From Staphylothermus marinus F1 (GTDB lineage Archaea; Thermoproteota; Thermoprotei_A; Sulfolobales; Desulfurococcaceae), in the NCBI RefSeq assembly GCF_000015945.1, contig NC_009033.1, forward strand, positions 270,001 through 302,000: 32,000 nucleotides of DNA. The letters are read 5' to 3'. How positions within the stretch are numbered: position 1 is the stretch's first letter; each line of letters opens with the position of its first letter. Shown in pieces: positions 1 to 8,397 of the stretch. The notes beneath the pieces are model-generated. The model saw only the letters and a program-made list of their open reading frames with translations. It was not told the origin of the DNA and searched no databases. The position numbers and the translations under genes are program-made.

Positions 1-720
1 TACTAGATAATCTTTGACTCGTGCAAACAATTTTCCCCTAACGGGTTTAATCATTTGTTTCCATGAAGGTCTATTTATTGTTTTCAAGTAAATCTTCACT
101 ATACCTGTTGAACCAATATGGCTTGTTAGCTCATCTAGTGTTGGGGGATCAGAGTTTTTTATTCCATTTATCTTTAAAAGATTGATTTCGAATGCTATTT
201 TTCTCCTATATGTTTTAGGTATACTTTTCAATATCTTTATTAATAAGCTGGTCTTCGCATTATTCATAGGATCATTTATTACTTGTCTAGTATCCTCTGC
301 AGCATCAAATGGAATAATTACCTCGTCTACAATGTCTAGTATTGGCGAAGCCCATTTCTCTCCTAAGGTATATCCTGTTGTTCTAATTCTAATACTTGAT
401 TTACAACCATATTGATTAATAATATCTCTTATTGTTTTAGCTACTAGCGGTGTATGATAATTGAGTAATGGGTCACCATATCCCCACAATAATATGTTCC
501 GAAATATACATCCATTAACTTGTATGAATTCTTCGATTTCTTTTTTAACTGTCTCTGGATCAATAAGCATTGTTGGCTTCATGGTTTTAATAGATGTTCT
601 CCCTAATGGACAATAAATACAGTTGTGCGGGCATCTTTTAGGAGGAAGCAATACATCTACTCCAAGACTCCAATCAAAACATCTACTAGGATGGGGGCCA
701 TAAATAGTCTTTAACTTCAC
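1..720 (-). CDS. Radical SAM domain protein (C-terminus runs off the window start)
   Basis: Absent from the supplied ORF track because it is open at the window edge. Reverse translation from GTG (720-718) gives (M)KLKTIYGPHPSRCFDWSLGVDVLLPPKRCPHNCIYCPLGRT... CPHNCIYC (nt 633-610) is the CxxxCxxC radical-SAM [4Fe-4S] motif. The GTG overlaps the stop of the upstream gene (GTGA), implying translational coupling. Confidence 0.75.
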   Translation of the reverse strand, partial: MKLKTIYGPHPSRCFDWSLGVDVLLPPKRCPHNCIYCPLGRTSIKTMKPTMLIDPETVKKEIEEFIQVNGCIFRNILLWGYGDPLLNYHTPLVAKTIRDIINQYGCKSSIRIRTTGYTLGEKWASPILDIVDEVIIPFDAAEDTRQVINDPMNNAKTSLLIKILKSIPKTYRRKIAFEINLLKINGIKNSDPPTLDELTSHIGSTGIVKIYLKTINRPSWKQMIKPVRGKLFARVKDYLV

Positions 721-1964
721 TTGCCAGCCACCTTGCTCTCCAGTACCGCTATGTAGAAGCCTTGACTATTCATTGTATGCGGTAACACTCTATAAGTGCT
801 ATTACTTATATTGAAACCTTTATAAGCTGTTGATAAACCAGGCAAATTTATTTTCACAGTTTCAGCTAATCCTTCATTAACTATTCTTTCAATAACCTTC
901 TCACCCTCTAATGGATGAATACTACATGTAGCATAAACTACTCTCCTAGCATATCTCAAAATATTCTTAAGAATTCTATATTGTTTTTTATGGTATTGTT
1001 CCAGCTTGGATCTTCTATTCGTATTTAACTTGACTGCTGGATCTGAATAAACAGCGCCTAACCCACTACACGGAGCATCCACTAAAGCATAGTCGAAAAC
1101 CCGACTCAGCTTAATATTTCTAGAATCTGCATTAATCAGAATAGTTCTTATGGAATCAACACCAAGCCTTTTAAGAAGTGTTTGCTCGATACTAATTCTT
1201 TTAGAGCTAAGATCAATGGCAAAGCCATATAGTTTATTATTAGTAAGCATAAATGCTAAACTATATTTTAGCCCAGGAGCGCTACAGGCGTCTAAGAAAT
1301 ACTTATCCTCCTCTAGTTCTAGAGCTTCTACAACATATGCACTCGCTAAGTCTTGTGGAATAATGAATCCATTTTTTACGCATTTATTATGACCGATTGG
1401 ATCCCATTTTGGATGTTCTACGTAAACCATGTATTTAGGGAAATCTTTTTTCTGATAAATAATACCGGTTTCATCTAAGCATTTATATGCGTCTTCATAA
1501 CTTATTTTCAAAGTATTTATTCTAAGCCATCTCTTCCTTACATTAAGGTTTTTAAGCATCTTATCTAGTTCTTTCTCGCTCATATGATTCAATAAATCTT
1601 TAACGAGAAATTCCGGATAACTATGTAGGAGACTTATTCTTTTGGTTCTAGATAATTGTTTAACTTCGTCTTTTATAAGGGATCGTGCTCTTCTAATACT
1701 GAATCCTATTTTGGAGAAGTAATTAATTATTCCAGCAGGTTTTGTTCCATAACCGTTTTTTGCAGATAACCATCTTAGAGAATAATAGTAATTTATAGTA
1801 TAGTATCCTACCTTGTAGAATATGCGTAGAGCCCATCTTGGAAAACTGTATTTGTGAATTATAGTTCTGAATGCTTTATCATAGCTTATATGTGCTTTTA
1901 ATATGTAGTTTAGAAGTCGTTTCAGGAAAAACTCTAATTGGTGAGGGGGGAGAACTGTTTCCAA
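717..1964 (-). CDS. NOL1/NOP2/Sun-family RNA (cytosine-C5) methyltransferase (tRNA/rRNA m5C)
   Basis: 415-aa ORF. Carries DAPCSGLG (motif IV, the Pro-Cys motif) and YATCSIHPLEGE (motif VI, TCS catalytic Cys), which are characteristic of RsmB/Trm4/Nop2 enzymes. Sits 2 nt downstream of the preceding gene. Confidence 0.85.
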   Translation of the reverse strand: METVLPPHQLEFFLKRLLNYILKAHISYDKAFRTIIHKYSFPRWALRIFYKVGYYTINYYYSLRWLSAKNGYGTKPAGIINYFSKIGFSIRRARSLIKDEVKQLSRTKRISLLHSYPEFLVKDLLNHMSEKELDKMLKNLNVRKRWLRINTLKISYEDAYKCLDETGIIYQKKDFPKYMVYVEHPKWDPIGHNKCVKNGFIIPQDLASAYVVEALELEEDKYFLDACSAPGLKYSLAFMLTNNKLYGFAIDLSSKRISIEQTLLKRLGVDSIRTILINADSRNIKLSRVFDYALVDAPCSGLGAVYSDPAVKLNTNRRSKLEQYHKKQYRILKNILRYARRVVYATCSIHPLEGEKVIERIVNEGLAETVKINLPGLSTAYKGFNISNSTYRVLPHTMNSQGFYIAVLESKVAGK

Positions 1965-1966
1965 TC

Positions 1967-2626
1967 CTAAACCCTACCTGTTCTCTCCCGTAGTAATAGG
2001 AATAATTTGTTGATAAATCTTGGGGGCTCAATATATTTCACACCAATTTGCATGCATAGTTTCATTATTCCAGTATCATTAGTTACTAGTTCACCGTTTA
2101 TTTCGTGAGCTAGTACTACGAGGTCGAAATCAACCCTTGTATCAATAACGCCTTTACGCGTGGCTTCTCGATATTTTTCTCTAAGTTCATGTATTGTTTC
2201 GGCAACGCTTTCCTCAAATCCCTTTTTATCCTGTGCTACTCCATAATCGTATCCTCTACGAGCAGCTCTACGAACACTATCTTCAGCTACTCTTAACCCC
2301 TTTGTTATCCTGATCAACATATCATGTATCCAATCACTCATAATTATAGCTGGTATCCGAGTAGTATATAGATCAGGGGATCTAATAGTTATGGCTCCCA
2401 TCAACATATCAATTGCTTCTCTACTAACATTGTTTCTTTCAAGAAAGCTTCTAAGCTCTAATGCCGTACTAGGTGTTGTATAGAATTCAGCTCCTAAAAC
2501 TATATGGGACCTTATAAGTAGGCGAGCATATTCTCTGACAACGCCATCTAGAGTTTTAACTCCGAAGATCTCTCTAAGCCTAGGATCAGTTACAGCACTT
2601 GTATCAAGCACATATATTAGTGGCAA
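1967..2626 (-). CDS. PIN-domain-like protein of the UPF0278 / RNA-free RNase P (HARP, Aq_880-like) type
   Basis: 219 aa. The N-terminal IYVLDTSAVTDP is a PIN-type acidic strand. The central and C-terminal KGLRVAED...LREKYREATRKGVIDTRVDFDLVVLAHE...LVTNDTGI...IGVKYIEPP closely resemble, from memory, the Aquifex Aq_880 / archaeal HARP pattern. No HMM was run. Confidence 0.62.
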   Translation of the reverse strand: MPLIYVLDTSAVTDPRLREIFGVKTLDGVVREYARLLIRSHIVLGAEFYTTPSTALELRSFLERNNVSREAIDMLMGAITIRSPDLYTTRIPAIIMSDWIHDMLIRITKGLRVAEDSVRRAARRGYDYGVAQDKKGFEESVAETIHELREKYREATRKGVIDTRVDFDLVVLAHEINGELVTNDTGIMKLCMQIGVKYIEPPRFINKLFLLLRERTGRV

Positions 2627-2656
2627 AGCATTCCTGCCTCAAACCATTATCCTAAA

Positions 2657-4216
2657 CTATTTCGGAACACTCACAACTCTAACATCTGAACCTTGTGTCT
2701 TTGATGTGAAGTAGGGTAGTATAGGTGTTGGAAGTTTCTGGAGGAAATCAAGGTCTTTACTGAATAGATCCCTTATATCATCTAGTCCAAGCACAGCCAT
2801 AGCTAGTCGATCAATACCTATACCCCAAGCAATAGCTCTAACACCAGGTGCTCCCAAGATCTCCATTACTTCAGGTCTAAATACTCCGCCTGGAAACACC
2901 TCGATCCATCCAAGATGAGGATGCTTAATAAAGCCTTCAACACTTGGTTCTGTGAATGGGAAGTATCCAGGTTTAAACCATACTTCTCTAATACCTAGTG
3001 CTGCAGCGAATTCTTTGAAAAATGCTAGTAAATGTTTAAATGTAACGTTTTTACCTACAATAACACCGTCTAATTGATAAAACTCCATAGCATGTTTAGC
3101 ATCAAGTGTTTCCGGTCTAAATACTCTGTCAAGACTAAAAACTCTATACTCTCCCTCTCCTCTTTCATAGATTGCTCTAACAGATACAGCTGTGGTTTGG
3201 CTACGGAGTATAGGTCTAAGAGCTCTAATAGGGTCCCATTTATACCCCCAGCCTCTCTCATGTATTTTTCCAGCTCTACTGAGAAGCTCTTCTGGGACTT
3301 TGCCTTTGAAATCCATTTTCAAGAAGAAAGTATCATGTATTTCTCTAGCGGGATGATCTTGTGCTTGAAACAATGCATCAAAGTTCCAAAACTCTAATTC
3401 AACATGTGGGCCTTTAACTTCTTCAAAACCCATGGAGACCAGTATATCACGGACAAGGTCGAGGAACTCTATATAAGCATTTAGTCTCCCACCAACAGGT
3501 TTGGGAGGAGGAACTGTTAGGTCGAATTCTTTAATAACATATTTCTCCAATTCATCCTTTGGCTTAGGGATAACTACAGTTAATAATTCTCTCCTCGTTA
3601 TCAAGCCTTCTCTAAATAATTTTTCGAGAACATCGCTAGGTTCAACAATTATTATTGTCTTCTTCTCGGTTCTTATCATTCGTCTACGTTTTAGAATATT
3701 AATAATATTGTCTCCTACGGTTTCGCCACGCATTATTTTTTCGAGAGCAGACCTTATGATTGAAGCCTCCTCTATAGCTTTGTGACAACCATATTCATCG
3801 CCTACAACAACGACTCCACTCATAACACTTAGACATTTATTCCTGACTAGATGTTGGAAGCCTATTTGGGCTTTTTGCTTTTCAATACCTGCTTCACTAC
3901 TAACACATTCTAGGAAATCCTCAACATTCCTACCAACACATCTATACATTACCCTAAAAACTCTTTCCTCCGGTGTTCTTGAACTAAGAACTTCACGTCC
4001 TTCATCCGTGATTACTGGTACTTGTTTAATTTTACGGATTACTCTAAGTAACCCTTTAGCTTCGAGCTCAGCTAGATCCCTCATTATATTCTCGGGCTTC
4101 TCATCCAAAGCCCTAGCTAGTTCTTCGACACTGAGCGATCCACTGCTCAAAAGAACCTCGACAATCCTGTATTGCCTATTTGGCAAATAATATTTATCAT
4201 CACTATCTTGACTCAT
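2657..4216 (-). CDS. pheS: Phenylalanine--tRNA ligase alpha subunit
   Basis: 519 aa. Class II aaRS motifs: FRPETLDAKHAMEFYQLDG (motif 2) and GIGIDRLAM (motif 3). N-terminal winged-helix-like region is typical of archaeal PheS. GGAGGGG Shine-Dalgarno upstream of the ATG. Confidence 0.92.
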   Translation of the reverse strand: MSQDSDDKYYLPNRQYRIVEVLLSSGSLSVEELARALDEKPENIMRDLAELEAKGLLRVIRKIKQVPVITDEGREVLSSRTPEERVFRVMYRCVGRNVEDFLECVSSEAGIEKQKAQIGFQHLVRNKCLSVMSGVVVVGDEYGCHKAIEEASIIRSALEKIMRGETVGDNIINILKRRRMIRTEKKTIIIVEPSDVLEKLFREGLITRRELLTVVIPKPKDELEKYVIKEFDLTVPPPKPVGGRLNAYIEFLDLVRDILVSMGFEEVKGPHVELEFWNFDALFQAQDHPAREIHDTFFLKMDFKGKVPEELLSRAGKIHERGWGYKWDPIRALRPILRSQTTAVSVRAIYERGEGEYRVFSLDRVFRPETLDAKHAMEFYQLDGVIVGKNVTFKHLLAFFKEFAAALGIREVWFKPGYFPFTEPSVEGFIKHPHLGWIEVFPGGVFRPEVMEILGAPGVRAIAWGIGIDRLAMAVLGLDDIRDLFSKDLDFLQKLPTPILPYFTSKTQGSDVRVVSVPK

Positions 4217-4329
4217 TTACCAATACCCCTCCTAACAATTAACTCAGTCACTCATCTCATATATTACATTATAAATTATCAAACATGAAATAAATACTAA
4301 TCCACCAATATACATTATTAATTATGTAA

Positions 4330-4414
4330 GGCCCCGAGCCTCTGGACCTGCAAATAACCCCTCTTATTCATGTAGGGGGTTAGGGATGAGCAGGTCCGCG
4401 CGACGGGGCCGACA
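4330..4414 (+). ncRNA. GC-rich structured small RNA candidate (H/ACA-guide-like hairpin); identity unproven
   Basis: The only strongly GC-rich island in an AT-rich intergenic region. Lower stem GGCCCCG (4330-4336) pairs with CGGGGCC (4404-4410). Upper stem GGACCTGC (4344-4351) pairs with GCAGGTCC (4390-4397). These are separated by a 7-nt/6-nt internal loop. An apical hairpin forms at about 4356-4381 (core CCCCT 4358-4362 / AGGGG 4374-4378). GATGA lies directly 5' of the upper-stem 3' strand. ACA is at 4412-4414, 14 nt beyond the upper-stem base. Confidence 0.4.
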
Positions 4415-4481
4415 ATCAAATATTTTCAAAATAAAACATAAGTATTGTCCATGAAAAAACCTAGTGGAGTGTAAAGATTTG

Positions 4482-5960
4482 ATGTATAGAGTTATAATTA
4501 TTGGAGCAGGCATTGTTGGCTTAAGCATTGCCAGGGTCTTATCACGTTTTGAAAACCTTAAGATCACTGTTATCGATAAAAATCCTGATGTGGGATGGGG
4601 TGTTAGTAAAGCTAATACTTCAATTATTCATCCATGCCACGAAGAGGATCCCGACAAACATCCTTTGAGAACAAAGCTTTGCCTAGAAGGACATAATATA
4701 TGGTATAAATGGGTCCGTGAACTAGATATACCGAATAGGTGGCCAGGCGAGATAATCGTTGCAACAAATGAAGATGAATACCATGTATTAAAACATTATC
4801 TCGAACTAGCTAGGAGAAATAATGTTCCAGGCGTTAGGATTGTTGATGGAGAGGAGCTTTTCAAGTTAGAGCCGAGTATAAATAGGAGTAGTATAGCAGG
4901 ACTATATGCTCCATCAGCTGGCTCAATAGATCCTGTTCAAGCATGTATAGCTTTAGCTGAGAACAATGTAGATAATGGTGTAAGATTTGTTTTAGGAGAA
5001 AAAGTTGTTGATATAGTTGTTAAAGATAAACATGTCAAGGAAGTGGTTACAAATAATAATGTTTATGAAGCAGACATAGTTATTAATGCTGCTGGGTTAT
5101 TTGCTGATGAAATAGCTCGTATGGTGGGTATAAATGATTACATAATCTATCCTAGAAGAGGTCAATACATATTATTTGATAAAACAGCTAGTCCTAAACC
5201 AGACAAAATAATACATACAACGCCAACACCTAAAACAAAAGGAGTATATGTATTGAAAACAATTGAAGAAACACTACTTATAGGTCCCACAGCAGAAGAT
5301 TTATCAATAGAGGAGAAGGAAGCAAACATTGTTACTAAGGAAGGAATAAGCTTCATTCTTGAAAATGCTAAGAAAATAATTGAGAAACTACCTCCCATGA
5401 ATCTAGTTATTAGAACATTTACAGGAATAAGGCCGGAGCCTCCGAATGGATCATATATTCTTAGATTTCACGAGGAACCATGGGGATTTGTTGAGGCAGC
5501 AGGAATAAGATCGCCTGGTTTAACAGCTGCTCCAGCAATTGCATACTATATAAAAAACCTGATCTCTCAACACATAGATCTTAAGCTGAAAAAGAAATGG
5601 ATACGTATACGTAAAGGAATCATTAAGATCAAGGATCTTAGTAGAATCGAAAGAAATAACTTGATAAAACAGAACCCAAAATACGGTAGAATAATTTGTC
5701 AATGCATGGGTGTTTCAGAAGCTGAGATCTTAGAGGCAATTAATAGGATGAGAAAGATAGGTGTTAAGGAAACAACACTTGACGGCATTAAATTTAGAAC
5801 ACACTCTATGTATGGTAGGTGCCAAGGAACATTCTGCAGACCACTAATATCCCTAATAGTTTCGAGAGAAACAGGCTTAGAGCCTTGGAAAGTTTCTTTC
5901 AAGGGAGGAAACAGCACATATGGTATTGGATTTGTCAAGGAATTATTTATGAAGAGGTGA
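4482..5960 (+). CDS. glpA: FAD-dependent glycerol-3-phosphate dehydrogenase (anaerobic GlpA-type) with C-terminal BFD-like [2Fe-2S] domain
   Basis: The N-terminal dinucleotide fold YRVIIIGAGIVGLSIA places the start at ATG 4482 (the track ORF begins at GTG 4464). The C-terminal ICQCMGVSEAEILEAI...RCQGTFC is a BFD-like Cys pattern. Sits in a glycerol gene context. Confidence 0.85.
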   Translation: MYRVIIIGAGIVGLSIARVLSRFENLKITVIDKNPDVGWGVSKANTSIIHPCHEEDPDKHPLRTKLCLEGHNIWYKWVRELDIPNRWPGEIIVATNEDEYHVLKHYLELARRNNVPGVRIVDGEELFKLEPSINRSSIAGLYAPSAGSIDPVQACIALAENNVDNGVRFVLGEKVVDIVVKDKHVKEVVTNNNVYEADIVINAAGLFADEIARMVGINDYIIYPRRGQYILFDKTASPKPDKIIHTTPTPKTKGVYVLKTIEETLLIGPTAEDLSIEEKEANIVTKEGISFILENAKKIIEKLPPMNLVIRTFTGIRPEPPNGSYILRFHEEPWGFVEAAGIRSPGLTAAPAIAYYIKNLISQHIDLKLKKKWIRIRKGIIKIKDLSRIERNNLIKQNPKYGRIICQCMGVSEAEILEAINRMRKIGVKETTLDGIKFRTHSMYGRCQGTFCRPLISLIVSRETGLEPWKVSFKGGNSTYGIGFVKELFMKR

Positions 5961-5966
5961 TCTATT

Positions 5967-7220
5967 GTGAGGAAAGAATATGATGCATTAATAATTGGCG
6001 GGGGACCAGCAGGTTTAGCATCTGCTATAAAATTAGCTGAGAAAGGATATGAACCACTCATAATAGAGGCTAAGGATAGATTGGGAGGTATACCCCTTCA
6101 ATGTATTCATCCCGGTTTTGGCTTGCATTATTTCCATGAAGACCTTACCGGGCCGGAATTTATTTATAGATTCATTAACCGCGTGGAACAACTTGATATA
6201 AACTATGTTACTAATGCATATGTTGAGAAAATAATTAATGAATCCATTATTTCCAAGAAAGTCTCAATTATCTCGCCTCATGGAAACCTAGTATTCGAGG
6301 GTAAGGCTTTAATATATGCTGCAGGAGCTCGTGAACGCCATAGATACGAAATAAGTATTCCGGGACCAAATGTTGCAGGAATTTATACTGCTGGAGAAGC
6401 ACAGACAATGATGGATATGTATGGTATAATGCCAGGGAAGAAAGTATTAATTATAGGATCAGGAGATGTAGGTCTCATAATGGCTCGTAGATTTGTTCTC
6501 GAAGGTGCAGAAGTTGTTGGAGTTGTGGAAATACTAAAGTATCCAAGCGGTCTAGTCAGAAACATTGTTCAGTGTTTAAAAGATTTCAGTATACCCTTAA
6601 TGCTTCAACACATGGTTACAGATATAAAAGCTGAGAATGGAAGGGTATCAGGAGCAATAATCTCGAAAGTAGACGAGAATCTCAAACCAATACCTGGAAC
6701 CGAGAAAGAAATAGGTTGTGATACTATAATTATAGCCGCCGGTCTTAGACCTAAAGTAAAATTGTTAAAAGAAATAGGCGTAAATATTGATCCAAGAACA
6801 CACGGGCCCTTAGTTAATGATTACTTGGAAACAATAAATGTTCCAGGAGTATTTGTAGCAGGCAACGCATTATTAATTAATGACTATGTAGACTATGCTA
6901 CAGAACAAGGAGAATGGGCTGCTGAAAGTGCAGCCTTACATATAGAATTCAAAGGATTACCAACAAAACAATGGCGTAAAGTAGTACCTGGAGAAAACAT
7001 TAGGCTTGTTGTCCCACAATATGTTAGCGGGGAAAAGAACACTATCCTATACATACGTGTAACAGAACCCCTCGAAAACGTTCAGCTAATGTTTCCAGAA
7101 GTTGGTAAAAGTATACCAGTAATACACGCATTACCATCAATTATGCTTAGAATAAGGCTTAGGAAAGAAGACGTCTCCAAGACAACCGACAAAATAATTG
7201 TCGAGGCGAAACCCCTATGA
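5967..7220 (+). CDS. FAD/NAD(P)-binding pyridine-nucleotide-disulfide oxidoreductase (NOX-like partner of G3P dehydrogenase)
   Basis: Two Rossmann signatures: ALIIGGGPAGLASA and KVLIIGSGDVGLIMA. GTG start is preceded by GAGGTGA. Lies 6 nt after the glpA stop. Confidence 0.8.
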   Translation: MRKEYDALIIGGGPAGLASAIKLAEKGYEPLIIEAKDRLGGIPLQCIHPGFGLHYFHEDLTGPEFIYRFINRVEQLDINYVTNAYVEKIINESIISKKVSIISPHGNLVFEGKALIYAAGARERHRYEISIPGPNVAGIYTAGEAQTMMDMYGIMPGKKVLIIGSGDVGLIMARRFVLEGAEVVGVVEILKYPSGLVRNIVQCLKDFSIPLMLQHMVTDIKAENGRVSGAIISKVDENLKPIPGTEKEIGCDTIIIAAGLRPKVKLLKEIGVNIDPRTHGPLVNDYLETINVPGVFVAGNALLINDYVDYATEQGEWAAESAALHIEFKGLPTKQWRKVVPGENIRLVVPQYVSGEKNTILYIRVTEPLENVQLMFPEVGKSIPVIHALPSIMLRIRLRKEDVSKTTDKIIVEAKPL

Positions 7221-7591
7221 GCCCCGATAGAATAGATGAGATCATATGTATTATATGTCCTAGAGGATGCCAGATCAAAGTCTATAGTGTAAACGGTAAA
7301 ATAACACGTATTGAAGGCTATAGTTGTCCTAGAGGTAAAGAATATGCTATTAAAGAAGTAAAAATGCCAATGAGAACTTTAATGACTATTGTAAAATGTA
7401 GAGGAGGAGATCTCCCAGTAGTATCTGTTAAAACATCCAAGCCTATTCCGAAAAATAAATTGATAGAAGTTTCAAAGTACCTAGCAAACATAGTTGTCGA
7501 GGCACCTGTTGAAATAGGTGATATTATAGTAAGAAACGTTCTTGGATTAAACGTAGACATAGTGGCTACTAGGCCTTGTAGAAAAATATGA
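7217..7591 (+). CDS. DUF1667-type small Cys-rich protein (third subunit of the archaeal G3PDH-NOX complex)
   Basis: 124 aa with CIICPRGC and YSCPRGKEYA Cys motifs. Overlaps the upstream gene by 4 nt (ATGA). This gene order is known from Thermococcales G3PDH/NOX/MOX clusters. Confidence 0.72.
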   Translation: MSPDRIDEIICIICPRGCQIKVYSVNGKITRIEGYSCPRGKEYAIKEVKMPMRTLMTIVKCRGGDLPVVSVKTSKPIPKNKLIEVSKYLANIVVEAPVEIGDIIVRNVLGLNVDIVATRPCRKI

Positions 7592-7608
7592 TTAGAGAAG
7601 ATCAAAAA

Positions 7609-8304
7609 TTATTTCTTAGTAAAAGCCTCAACATTATTGGTTATAACTACATCAATAAGTTCCTCTAATCCTTTTAATAAGCTTGGATCATCAACTGTCC
7701 ATAACACGGTTTTTGCACCAACATTCTTCACATTAACAAGATACTCTCTAAACTTTTCGAATCCTATTAGTTGAAGTCCTTGAATAGGAGGATTAATAGA
7801 GTATAATTTTAGTTTTTCATGTAGTTTAAAAGCATTCATTGCCGCCTCTAAGCTTCCAATATTGTATCCTATTTTAGCGTTTGGATCAAGCTCTCTGATC
7901 TTCTCTAATGCTTTCTCGAAAAAACTAACATATACTATATTATCCTGCCAATTCATTTCATTAACAATTTTAATAGTCTCTTCAACAGCATCTACATCTT
8001 TTATCTCAATAGCTACAATATATCTTCGCGGAATAGCTTTTAATACATCTCGTAAAAGGGGAATATGTTGACCCATTCCAAGATCTATTTTTGCGAGCTC
8101 ATTATAACTAGACTCCTTAACAATAAGCTTCACATTCGATACCCTCTGAGTATCAGGATCATGTATTACTACAACTTGTCCATCAGCACTAAGCCAAACA
8201 TCAAGTTCTATTCCATCAGCACCATAGAGAAGAGCTCCTAGAAAAGAAGCAACAGTGTTTTCAGGGTATTTCAATGGGTATCCGCGATGACCTATAATAA
8301 TCAA
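7609..8304 (-). CDS. Glycerophosphodiester phosphodiesterase (GDPD family)
   Basis: IIGHRGYPLKYPENT is the GDPD HRG...PENT motif, and ELDVWLSADGQVVVIHD is also present. TTG start is preceded by AAGGTGCTTAGAT (SD 7 nt upstream). Confidence 0.85.
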   Translation of the reverse strand: MIIIGHRGYPLKYPENTVASFLGALLYGADGIELDVWLSADGQVVVIHDPDTQRVSNVKLIVKESSYNELAKIDLGMGQHIPLLRDVLKAIPRRYIVAIEIKDVDAVEETIKIVNEMNWQDNIVYVSFFEKALEKIRELDPNAKIGYNIGSLEAAMNAFKLHEKLKLYSINPPIQGLQLIGFEKFREYLVNVKNVGAKTVLWTVDDPSLLKGLEELIDVVITNNVEAFTKK

Positions 8305-8397
8305 ATCTAAGCACCTTGATCAATACATACTTTTCATTTATATATTTGATAAAACAGTAAAAAATTATTGTTGTAAACATGTTTTTAGGTGCTAAAA

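Noticed and set aside
182-415. 77-aa plus-strand ORF at the window start
   Set aside because: It lies antisense inside the radical-SAM CDS, which has a clear CxxxCxxC motif and coupled start. Its composition is typical of AT-rich antisense frames.
3074-3397. Antisense or overlapping track ORFs in general (e.g. 1150-1392, 3074-3397, 3501-3785, 5699-6061, 7318-7605, 27105-27512, 29981-30340, 30804-31046)
   Set aside because: Each lies opposite to, or out of frame within, a gene with confident homology-type motifs. None has an independent SD or promoter, and their sequences are low-complexity (S/I/L/F-rich).
4265-4274. A second copy of TACATTATAA as a shared glycerol-regulon operator half-site
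   Set aside because: It sits about 50 nt upstream of pheS on the pheS side, where it reads as that gene's TATA box (TTTATAATG). A single AT-rich 10-mer recurrence in 32 kb of AT-rich DNA is not statistically compelling.
4330-4410. The GC-rich element as a tRNA (possibly intron-containing) on either strand
   Set aside because: The 7-bp terminal stem looks like an acceptor stem. However, neither strand has a T-arm (no GTTCRANYC-like loop), a D-arm, or a sensible anticodon stem, and the internal pairing forms one long bulged hairpin instead of a cloverleaf.
4364-4567. Track ORF of 67 aa on the minus strand
   Set aside because: It spans the GC-rich RNA candidate and the 5' end of glpA in antisense. 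It has no SD or promoter logic and is low-complexity, so it is most likely spurious.
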